Of a stretch of DNA of 64,000 bases, positions 36,093 through 43,935 are shown one piece after another; position 1 is the stretch's first letter, and each line of letters begins with the position of its first letter. A model generated the notes under the pieces. It did no database searches and was not told the DNA's origin. It was given only the letters and a program-made list of their open reading frames with translations. Position numbers and translations under genes: made by a program. The DNA is from an uncultured Solirubrobacterales bacterium (lineage in GTDB: Bacteria; Actinomycetota; Thermoleophilia; Solirubrobacterales; Solirubrobacteraceae). The stretch lies in assembly GCA_963715495.1 (NCBI GenBank), contig OY970247.1, positions 2,132,219 through 2,196,218 on the forward strand, read 5' to 3'.

Positions 36093-37216
36093 CCGAACGT
36101 GCCTTGGACGTAGTCGCGCGTGCGCTGGGCACGCGGTTGCTCAAACACCTCGGCGGTGGTCCCGTACTCGACGAGATCGCCGAGGTACATGAACGCGACC
36201 TTGTCGGCGACCCTGCGCGCCTGGGCGAGGTTGTGGGTGACGATCACGACCGCCAGCTCGCGGCGCAGCTCGCCGATCAGCTGCTCGATCACGCCCGTGG
36301 AGATCGGATCGAGGGCGCTGCACGGCTCATCCATCAGGAGCACCTCCGGGCGGGGGGCGATCGCGCGGGCGATGCACAGCCGTTGCTGCTGGCCGCCGGA
36401 CAGGCGCAGCGCGGGACGGTCGAGATCGTCGCGGACCTCCTCGTAGAGCCCGGCGCGGCGCAGCGCGTCGACCACCAGGGGCTCCAGCTCGCGACGTCGC
36501 GGGCGCTTGCGCGACTGCTCGCGCAGGGCGAAGGCGACATTGTCGAAGATCGACATCGGAAACGGGTTGGGCTGCTGAAAGACCATCGCGACGCGCGCGC
36601 GCAGGGTCGTGTCGGCCAGCTCGTGGATGTCCTCGCCGTCGAGCAGCACCCGCCCGGCGCGCGCGGCGCTGGGGGTGAGCTCGGTCAGGCGGTTGAGCGT
36701 GCGCAGCAGGGTCGTCTTGCCGCAGCCTGACGGCCCGATCAGCGCGAGCACCTCGCCCTGGTGGATCGACAGCGAGACCGACTTGACGGCAGGCTTGCCG
36801 CCGTAGGCGATGCTGACCTCGCTCAGGCGCAACCGCTCGGGGCCAGCCGTGGACGGCGCGGGCTCGCGCAGCGGGTTGCGCTCCTTCAGCGGCGGCGCGA
36901 TCGGCACGGGCGGCCGGTCGAGCACGATCGTGCGCACCGGCGGCGGCACGGGCGCGGGGTACGCGCCATCTGGCGCGTGCATGCGCGCGGCCCCACGCGC
37001 CGCATCCGGGTCATATGGCGCGGGGGTTGCAAGGTCTTGTTCTCTTGACCGATCGGAGATCGGCCAGCGTCCGCGCAGGCCGTGCGGGGGCAGAGCCGAC
37101 GGGTGCGGGGCGTCCAGTCCCGCTTCCAGGCGCGCTTTCTTTGCTTGCTCGCGGGCGCCGGCGCGTTCGCTTGCGGCAAAGCTGAGTGGCTCTAGCAGCA
37201 GCTCGTCAGGGCTCAT
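36089..37216 (-). CDS. pstB: Phosphate ABC transporter ATPase with about 105-aa Pro/Ala-rich N-terminal extension
   Basis: GPSGCGKTT, FQQPNPFPMSIFDNV, LSGGQQQRLCIARA, MDEPCSALDP, VTHN. Confidence 0.9.
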   Translation of the reverse strand: MSPDELLLEPLSFAASERAGAREQAKKARLEAGLDAPHPSALPPHGLRGRWPISDRSREQDLATPAPYDPDAARGAARMHAPDGAYPAPVPPPVRTIVLDRPPVPIAPPLKERNPLREPAPSTAGPERLRLSEVSIAYGGKPAVKSVSLSIHQGEVLALIGPSGCGKTTLLRTLNRLTELTPSAARAGRVLLDGEDIHELADTTLRARVAMVFQQPNPFPMSIFDNVAFALREQSRKRPRRRELEPLVVDALRRAGLYEEVRDDLDRPALRLSGGQQQRLCIARAIAPRPEVLLMDEPCSALDPISTGVIEQLIGELRRELAVVIVTHNLAQARRVADKVAFMYLGDLVEYGTTAEVFEQPRAQRTRDYVQGTFG

Positions 37217-37441
37217 CGGACACTTTCTCCATCAAACCAGTTTTCTCGATAGAAACGATGAGATTACCCACATTTTGCGTTCGTTGGGGAAAACCTCGAG
37301 AAACTCGCACGCCGAACATCGCTCGAGACGGAGACTTCGCCTCCACGGGCACGCAGGACAAGCTGGTCAAGAATGAAAGGCCCACCCACCCCGCGTGGCG
37401 TGCTACGCACGCGAGCGACCGAGGACGCCGATCCAGCGCCG

Positions 37442-38419
37442 TCATGCGTGGTCGTGGCCGATGCGGTCGACGAGCAGGTTCAGACCCAGCACGAACAGCA
37501 GCAGCACGAACGCCGCCGCGTAGGCCTTCTGCGGCGCCGCGCCTTCGCCGGCGGGGGAGTTGTCGTACACGTAGCTGGTCAGCGTCGAGCCCGTCCCGCG
37601 CAACAGGTTCACGACGGGGACGGGCCCCTGCGTTTCGATGTGCAGGGTCTCGCCCAGCAGGAGCAGCACGATCGCCGTGTCTCCGATGATGCGGCTGACG
37701 CCCAATGTGACGCCCGTGGCGATGTTCGAGCGCACGCTCGGCAGCAGCACCCTGCGGATCGTCGCGATCCGGGTCTTGCCCAGCGCGAACGCCGCCTCGC
37801 GCATGTGCGCGGGCACGGCCTGCAGTCCGTCCCTCGTGGCGGTGAACAGGGGCGGCAGGGCGATCAGCGACATCATCGCCCCGGCCGCGATGAACGAGCG
37901 GCCGTACACCCCTCCGCCTTCGGCGCGAAACGACAGCGGCGCGAACAGGCTCAGCTGGAAGATCGCCAAGCCGAACAGCGCGAGCACGATGTCGGAGGTT
38001 CCCGCGATGATCTCGATGCTCGACTCGACCACGCGCGCCAGGGATTGTCGAGCCCGCCCACCCTGCCCGTACTCGACGATCCAGATCGCGCTGCTGACGG
38101 CCAGCGGGACCGCGAGCAGGATGCCGATCGCGGTCAGCAGCAGGGTGCCGATCAGGGGATCGAGAATGCCCCCGGTCTCACTTTGCGACGTGCTGATCGC
38201 GGGACGCGTGAACAGCAGGCCCGGACGCAGGTACTGGATCCCGCGATAGCCCATGTAGATCATGATCGCCGCGGCGATCAGGCACAGCCCGATCCCGGCC
38301 GTCCACGCGCAGAGCAGCACCAGCCGGTCACGCCGGCGCCAGCTCCAGGGCGAGGACCGTCGTCCGCCTTTGGCGCTCAGCGGCGGGCCCGTCTGTAGGT
38401 CGGGGGCGAACACGCTCAT
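37442..38419 (-). CDS. pstA: Phosphate ABC transporter permease PstA (divergent)
   Basis: GGILDPLIGT, EAA.ALG..R..TIRRV.LP (EAA loop). Confidence 0.82.
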   Translation of the reverse strand: MSVFAPDLQTGPPLSAKGGRRSSPWSWRRRDRLVLLCAWTAGIGLCLIAAAIMIYMGYRGIQYLRPGLLFTRPAISTSQSETGGILDPLIGTLLLTAIGILLAVPLAVSSAIWIVEYGQGGRARQSLARVVESSIEIIAGTSDIVLALFGLAIFQLSLFAPLSFRAEGGGVYGRSFIAAGAMMSLIALPPLFTATRDGLQAVPAHMREAAFALGKTRIATIRRVLLPSVRSNIATGVTLGVSRIIGDTAIVLLLLGETLHIETQGPVPVVNLLRGTGSTLTSYVYDNSPAGEGAAPQKAYAAAFVLLLFVLGLNLLVDRIGHDHA

Positions 38420-38523
38420 CTCCAAAACCCCTCTATGTCGCGACCGCGCCGGCATGGGCGCACAGGGCAAGCTGGCCCACAGGACGCGAGTGAGCACATC
38501 AGTGTGCTCGGCACACGTGCTGG

Positions 38524-38553
38524 CCGATTGAAGGTCGCGTGACCTTCAATCGG
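38524..38553. terminator. Perfect 13-bp hairpin between pstC and pstA (terminator or mRNA-stabilising stem)
   Basis: CCGATTGAAGGTC-gcgt-GACCTTCAATCGG; no U tract. Confidence 0.55.
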
Positions 38554-38585
38554 TAAGGACGCCGATCCAGCGCCGCCATGTGCGT

Positions 38586-39569
38586 TCATGCCCGCACCTG
38601 GTACTTGCGCAGCGGCAGCTTGATCAGATAGCCGGCGATCGACAGCACGAACGCGGAGAACAGCAGCAGCGCGGCGAACGCGTACAGGGTCGAGTTCAGC
38701 GCCGGAGCGCCGACGCCTTCGTGGTAGTCGACGATCGCCGAGGCCAGCGTGCGCAGCGGCTCATAGAAGAAGGTGGGCAGCCCGTGGGACAGGTTCGGCG
38801 TGAACGAGCGTCCGCCGGAGACCATCTGGATCATCACGGCCTCGCCCAGCGCCCGCGCGGTCGCGAGCACGGCCGCGGCGACGATCGCCGGGCGTATCGC
38901 TCGCAGGGTCACCGCCAGCACCGCCCGCAGCGGGTTGAGGCCGAGCGCGACGGCCCCCTCCCGCCAGGACCTTGGCGCGGAGATCAGCGCCTCGCAGATC
39001 AGCGCGATCATGATCGGGGTGATCATCACGGTCAGGATCACGACCACGACCCCCAGACCGGCGCCGGTGAGCTCGACGGAGTTCTGCACGGAGGCCTTCT
39101 GCGAGGCGCTGACCAGGTGGTTGCCCACGAACGGCACGAGCACGAGCACGCCGATCAACCCGTAGATGACCGAGGGGACTGACGCAAGCAACCGGATGAC
39201 GGGGATCGCCACCTTGCGCAGCCGCGCCGGGGCGAGCTCGACGATGAAGATCGAGGAGAGCACCGCGATCACCACACCCAGGACGACCGCGAAGCTCGTG
39301 CTCAGCAGCGTGCCGTAGACCAGCGGCCAGGCGGTCAGGTGATAGGCCGCGGCGGGCGGGTTGACGCTCGTGGCCTGCATGTTCGCGATCTGCGTTTCCA
39401 GGCTCCCCCCAGGCCCCAGCCAGCTGAGGCCGTTGTGCTCGAAGATCGGCCACGCGCGGATGCCGACGAACACGACCATCGCGATCACGCAAGCGCCCAC
39501 GAGCAACGACACCGCGCCGAGCATGCGCTCGGCGCGGTGATCGGGCCACGGCTGTTTCAGCCACTTCAT
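38586..39569 (-). CDS. pstC: Phosphate ABC transporter permease PstC (divergent)
   Basis: PLVYGTL, ASVPSVIYG, EGAVALG, ARALGE. Confidence 0.85.
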   Translation of the reverse strand: MKWLKQPWPDHRAERMLGAVSLLVGACVIAMVVFVGIRAWPIFEHNGLSWLGPGGSLETQIANMQATSVNPPAAAYHLTAWPLVYGTLLSTSFAVVLGVVIAVLSSIFIVELAPARLRKVAIPVIRLLASVPSVIYGLIGVLVLVPFVGNHLVSASQKASVQNSVELTGAGLGVVVVILTVMITPIMIALICEALISAPRSWREGAVALGLNPLRAVLAVTLRAIRPAIVAAAVLATARALGEAVMIQMVSGGRSFTPNLSHGLPTFFYEPLRTLASAIVDYHEGVGAPALNSTLYAFAALLLFSAFVLSIAGYLIKLPLRKYQVRA

Positions 39570-39629
39570 GGGCCAGGGGTTACGCGGTGTCTCAGCACAG
39601 GTGACTTGAGTTGATCGAGCGCAAATGGC

Positions 39630-40472
39630 TCAGTTGATCGGTATCCACTGGCTGGCGATGATCTTGCGGGCGGCCGATGATTTGCTGATCCACGAGATGA
39701 ACGACGCGACGAAGCTCGTCGCCGGGCCTCTGGTCACCTCGTAGAACCGCGCGATGCCGGCGTACTGCCCGGAGGTCGCGGTCGCCTTGTTGCAGGCCAC
39801 GCCGTTGTAGGCGACCGAGTTCAGCGAGCCGAGAGCGGCCTGGTAGTTGGACAGGAAGCCGATCCCGTTCGGATCGTTTTCGACCGCTTGGCGCAGCAGA
39901 CCCTCTGAGGACTGTTCGGAGGCGAGCGATGAGACTTTCTTGCCTTCCAAGAGCAGCGTCTGAAAGCTGGTCAGCACCCCCGCGACCGAGGTGCGGCTGA
40001 TCAGGTCGATCGTGCCGCCGGCGGTCGCGCCGGGAACCTGGCTCCAGCTGCGAATCTTGCCGGTGAAGACCGACACCAGCAGCGACGGAGTGAGGTTGCT
40101 CAGCGTGTTGGCTTTGTTCGTGACCACGCAGATGCCGTACTTGGCGACCGGGTAGAAGACGAGGCCCTTGGGGTCGGTGGGCAGGGGATCGCGCGATACG
40201 TCGCCGATCGAGACGCGGCTGGCGGCCACGTCGTTGATGCCGATCTGCGCCCCGCCCTGGGCGATCTTGAACTTGACCGTGTGCGGTTTGAGCTTGACGT
40301 ACTTCTGGGCGAGCAGGGACACGAGCGGATAGGACGCCGTGGCGCCGCTGATCGAGATCGTGGGGGCCGCCAGCGCGGTCGAGGTCGCCGCCGTGGCGAT
40401 CCCGAGCACGCCCACCGCGGCTACGGCGATGGCGAGGCTTCGTAGGCGTCTAAGACGGCGATTTGGGTTCAT
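39630..40472 (-). CDS. pstS: PstS-like substrate-binding protein with altered ligand motifs
   Basis: Signal peptide, ISGATASYPL, QGGAQIG, SRTSVAGV, PNGIGF, RFYEVTRG; first gene of the pst operon. Confidence 0.78.
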   Translation of the reverse strand: MNPNRRLRRLRSLAIAVAAVGVLGIATAATSTALAAPTISISGATASYPLVSLLAQKYVKLKPHTVKFKIAQGGAQIGINDVAASRVSIGDVSRDPLPTDPKGLVFYPVAKYGICVVTNKANTLSNLTPSLLVSVFTGKIRSWSQVPGATAGGTIDLISRTSVAGVLTSFQTLLLEGKKVSSLASEQSSEGLLRQAVENDPNGIGFLSNYQAALGSLNSVAYNGVACNKATATSGQYAGIARFYEVTRGPATSFVASFISWISKSSAARKIIASQWIPIN

Positions 40473-40534
40473 GGACGGGGACTCCGTTTCAGGTGGTTGA
40501 CAACGTGGCGGCAAGGAACCTACCATAATCCTCA

Positions 40535-40552
40535 TTATCTTGATCAGGATAA
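40535..40552. promoter_or_regulatory. Near-perfect 18-bp palindrome in the divergent pstS promoter region
   Basis: TTATCTTGATCAGGATAA (16/18 self-complementary) in an AT-rich spacer. Confidence 0.45.
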
Positions 40553-40598
40553 GCTAGTTTATGAAGAAGGCGCGCCGCTCCCAGGACGACCCAAGTCC

Positions 40599-41612
40599 AT
40601 GACCACTCCACCAGACACCCCCACACCCCCGACCGGCGACAGCCCGGCGCACGGCGGAGCACCCGCTCCGGGCGTCCCGCGTCTGCCTTCGCTGCGCGTC
40701 ACCGCGGCGCTGGCGGCGGGGATGCTGGCCATCGGCGTGGCCGTCGGCGCGGCCATCGGGCCCACGCCCAGCACCACGTTTGCGGGCGAGCGGGTTCCGT
40801 TGTTGCTCCCATCCATCGCCGCGCTTGCGGTGGCGGGCGCCGGCAATCACGCGAGCACGACGACCGTCAAACCACCGCCGGTCACACCTCAGGCGACGCC
40901 GTCCGCGAGCACCGGCGCCGACAATTCAAGCGCTGCCGCGACGCCATCGGTCAAATCGAAAACACCGTCGAGCGCCGGCATGTCTCCGACTTCGTCTCCC
41001 AAGCCGTCCAAGACGCTCTCCCCCACCACCGGCACCGGCGGCGGCGGCGGCGCCAAGCAGATCACGCTCCCACCGGTCACGAGCGTGTGGCTGATCACCC
41101 TCTCCGGCGCAACGTTCGCGCAGGCCCTGGCCCAGCCGGCCGCCGCCCCCTACATCGACTCCCAGCTGGTGCCTGCGGGCGCGCTGTTGAGCGGTTGGTC
41201 TTCGCTGGCCGGCAGTGGGCTTGCAAGTGAGGCCGGGCTGCTCGCGGGAGCGCCGCCACAGACGTTGAGCTCGATCGTCCAGCCGCCGTGCCCCGAAGGC
41301 GCGGCCGGCGCCCAATGCAAGCCCGAAACCGCGGGGGCGCTGACCGCGGCCGACGAATTCCTCAAGCAGACGGTTCCGTCGATCACGTCCAGCCTCGCCT
41401 ACCGCGAACACGGCCTGATCGTCATCACGTTCGGCGCGATCGGCAACGCCACCGCGTCCAGCCTGCCCACCGGCGCGTCGACCGCGACGCTCTCCAGCCA
41501 GCCCCCGGTGGGTGTCCTGCTGATCTCGCCGTTCGCCCACCCCGGCTCGCGCCCCACGACGGCCTATGACCCGACTTCACCCAAGCAGAGCCTCTCGGGG
41601 CTTCTGCACTGA
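40599..41612 (+). CDS. Membrane-anchored Pro/Ser/Thr-rich protein with a degenerate phosphoesterase-like C-terminal domain
   Basis: TM helix, low-complexity linker, VWLITL, GLIVITF, VGVLLISPF..PG. Confidence 0.6.
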   Translation: MTTPPDTPTPPTGDSPAHGGAPAPGVPRLPSLRVTAALAAGMLAIGVAVGAAIGPTPSTTFAGERVPLLLPSIAALAVAGAGNHASTTTVKPPPVTPQATPSASTGADNSSAAATPSVKSKTPSSAGMSPTSSPKPSKTLSPTTGTGGGGGAKQITLPPVTSVWLITLSGATFAQALAQPAAAPYIDSQLVPAGALLSGWSSLAGSGLASEAGLLAGAPPQTLSSIVQPPCPEGAAGAQCKPETAGALTAADEFLKQTVPSITSSLAYREHGLIVITFGAIGNATASSLPTGASTATLSSQPPVGVLLISPFAHPGSRPTTAYDPTSPKQSLSGLLH

Positions 41613-41659
41613 CGTGACTGCACCCGCAGTCAATACCAACCCAACGAAGGAGACCCACG

Positions 41660-42349
41660 TTGCACGCACTACGACATCCCGCCCACCGCAAAGCCACGTG
41701 GTGGCTGGTCGCGCTCGTGGGCTGCTCCCTCGTAGCCCTGTCGCTCGCCATGCCGGCGATCAGCCGCGCGGAAGAAGCCAACCCCAACAACTACTCCTGC
41801 TTCGGCAGCATCGCCGCCGGAAAGCCGGAAGTGGGCAGCGAAGAACAGCAGGTGGCATATACGTTCCACTGCAACGGTCCGATCACCGGCTATCAGCTGC
41901 AATCGCAGATCCCCGTGGTGGGCGTGGAGGCCGCCCCGCTGGTGACCAACATCCCGTCGGGCACTCCCGTGTCCGACACGTTCTCCTGCTCCAGCGAAGT
42001 CCCGGGCTACGCCGACAACTGCGTCGGCTCGACCAAGGCGTGGTATGAGACGATCGCCGGACAGTTCTCGATCGCCTCCAAGCTCTGCGTCGAGCCGCGG
42101 GTAGACCCGCTGCTGACGGTCACCTACGCATATCTGGAAAAAGGCGTCGTCACCCAGGCGATCTCCGGACCATTTGACCTGGGTCGCCCGACGGGTTGCC
42201 CACCCAGCGCCAACTCGGGCGGCACTCGCCTGAACCCCAGGCCGGTCCCGCTGGCTGCCAACGGCAAGCACAAGGGCAAGGGCAACGGCAAAGGCAAGAA
42301 GCCCGACGGAAAGAAAAGGGGCGACAAGGGAGCGTCAAAGAAGCAGTAG
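41660..42349 (+). CDS. Secreted Cys-containing hypothetical protein with Lys-rich tail
   Basis: GAAGGAG RBS, signal peptide, six Cys in the mature region, polybasic C-terminus. Confidence 0.72.
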   Translation: MHALRHPAHRKATWWLVALVGCSLVALSLAMPAISRAEEANPNNYSCFGSIAAGKPEVGSEEQQVAYTFHCNGPITGYQLQSQIPVVGVEAAPLVTNIPSGTPVSDTFSCSSEVPGYADNCVGSTKAWYETIAGQFSIASKLCVEPRVDPLLTVTYAYLEKGVVTQAISGPFDLGRPTGCPPSANSGGTRLNPRPVPLAANGKHKGKGNGKGKKPDGKKRGDKGASKKQ

Positions 42350-42387
42350 GGCCGGCTGACAGACACGCTCGGTGGACCGCGTGCGGT

Positions 42388-42572
42388 GCGCGCGGTCCCC
42401 GAGCGCTTGCCGGCGAACTGCACCTGTGAGCGGCGCGCGCGGTCCCCGAGCGCTTGCCGGCGAACTGCACCTGTGAGCGGCGCGCGCGGTCCCCGAGCGC
42501 TTGCCGGCGAACTGCACCTGTGAGCGGCGCGCGCGGTCCCCGAGCGCTTGCCGGGAACTGCACCTGTGAGCG
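42388..42572. repeat. 47-bp tandem repeat x4 (VNTR/MIRU-like)
   Basis: GGTCCCC recurs at 42394, 42441, 42488 and 42535; the last copy has a 1-nt deletion; no spacers. Confidence 0.92.
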
Positions 42573-42597
42573 CTTCGCGCGCTCTACGATCCCAGGG

Positions 42598-43917
42598 GTG
42601 AGTCCAGCGGCGAGCGGCCAGACCAATCCCCCGCATCGAGGCAGAGGGGTGCGGTTGCTCGCGATCGCCACGACCCTCGGCCTGCTCGCCGGCTGTGGCT
42701 CGGCCACGGCCACGCACAGCGCCGCAACCGCGACGGCGGCCCTTTCTGCGACCAGAACGTCCTCGGGCACGCCCGCCGGCGCACCTGTCTCCACGACCGC
42801 GCCGGCGTCTGCGAGCTGCGCGTCGACGGTCGCGGGCACGCTCGGCACGGTTGCCGCGCGCGTCTACCACGAGGCCGCAACCGGCGGCGACGTCGCCCAG
42901 GCGGTCCATCGCATGCAGAGCTCGAGCGCGCTCGTCGCGGCGGTCAACAGCGGCAACGCGGCCGCCGCCCGTACCGCGCTGCAGGGGCTGCTGGTGGGCC
43001 AGATCGTCCGCGTCGAGGTCGTGCGGGATGGTCATGTGTTCGCACAGGCGGGCTCCGGCACGGCGATCGCACCCGTGCGCGGCTCGATCCCGGGCACGCG
43101 GGCAAGCTTCATCCTGTCGACCCAATCCGACCGCACCTACCTGCAGGTCGTCCACCAGGTCACCGGCGCGCAGGTGCTGTTGCTCGGCGGCTCACACCGC
43201 ATCGCCGGCACGATCGGCGGCGCGCCGCCCGCGGGCGCGCCCGCCCAAGGACCACTCACCATCGCCGGCCACAACTATGAGTCGTTCACGCTCCCCGGCG
43301 CCGTGTACCCATCCGGCCCCCTGCACATCTTGCTGCTCGTCCCGTCCGCGACAATTGCCTGCCCCGGCTCCCCCGCCCAGACGCGCGTGGAAACGCTCGG
43401 GCACGTCGGCGAACGCATCTACCAGGAGGAGCTCCACAGCGCGGACGTCACAGCAACGCTGCGTCACATCGAAAACTCAGCCGCATTCCGGAGCGCTGTG
43501 GCCGCCGGCGACGAAAGCGCCACGCGCGCGGCGATCATCGAATTCTTTGGCCAGCACATCCACGTCGTCCGCGTCCGCGTCACGATCGGCGGGCACCTGC
43601 TCGTGGACGAGGGCGGACCCTTCGTGCTCGCCCCCGTGCGCGGCGTCGTGCGCAGCGGCGGGCGCGTCGTCGGCAACTTCGAGATGGCGATCCAGGACGA
43701 CGCCGGCTACCTCAAGCTCGCCCACCTGTTCACCGGCGCCGAAGTCCTCATGCGCAGAGGCGCCGGCCAGGTGATGGGCACGCTCTCGCCCGGACCGGCG
43801 GCCGTGCCAGATCGTGGCCCCGTCTCCTACCGCGGGCGCTCCTACCAGGCATATTCGTTCTCAGGCGAAGCGTTCCCGAACGGCCCACTGCGCATCTCGT
43901 TGCTGCTGCCCTCCTGA
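42598..43917 (+). CDS. Lipoprotein with two internally duplicated (Cache/PAS-like?) domains
   Basis: LLAGC lipobox, Ser/Thr/Ala linker, repeated TLG.V..R.Y.E...AVxxG...VRVxV..G...APVRG modules. Confidence 0.7.
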   Translation: MSPAASGQTNPPHRGRGVRLLAIATTLGLLAGCGSATATHSAATATAALSATRTSSGTPAGAPVSTTAPASASCASTVAGTLGTVAARVYHEAATGGDVAQAVHRMQSSSALVAAVNSGNAAAARTALQGLLVGQIVRVEVVRDGHVFAQAGSGTAIAPVRGSIPGTRASFILSTQSDRTYLQVVHQVTGAQVLLLGGSHRIAGTIGGAPPAGAPAQGPLTIAGHNYESFTLPGAVYPSGPLHILLLVPSATIACPGSPAQTRVETLGHVGERIYQEELHSADVTATLRHIENSAAFRSAVAAGDESATRAAIIEFFGQHIHVVRVRVTIGGHLLVDEGGPFVLAPVRGVVRSGGRVVGNFEMAIQDDAGYLKLAHLFTGAEVLMRRGAGQVMGTLSPGPAAVPDRGPVSYRGRSYQAYSFSGEAFPNGPLRISLLLPS

Positions 43918-43935
43918 ATCGAAGACAGCAGGCTG

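Noticed and set aside
42388-42572. CRISPR array
   Set aside because: The repeats are contiguous with no unique spacers, and no cas genes are nearby.
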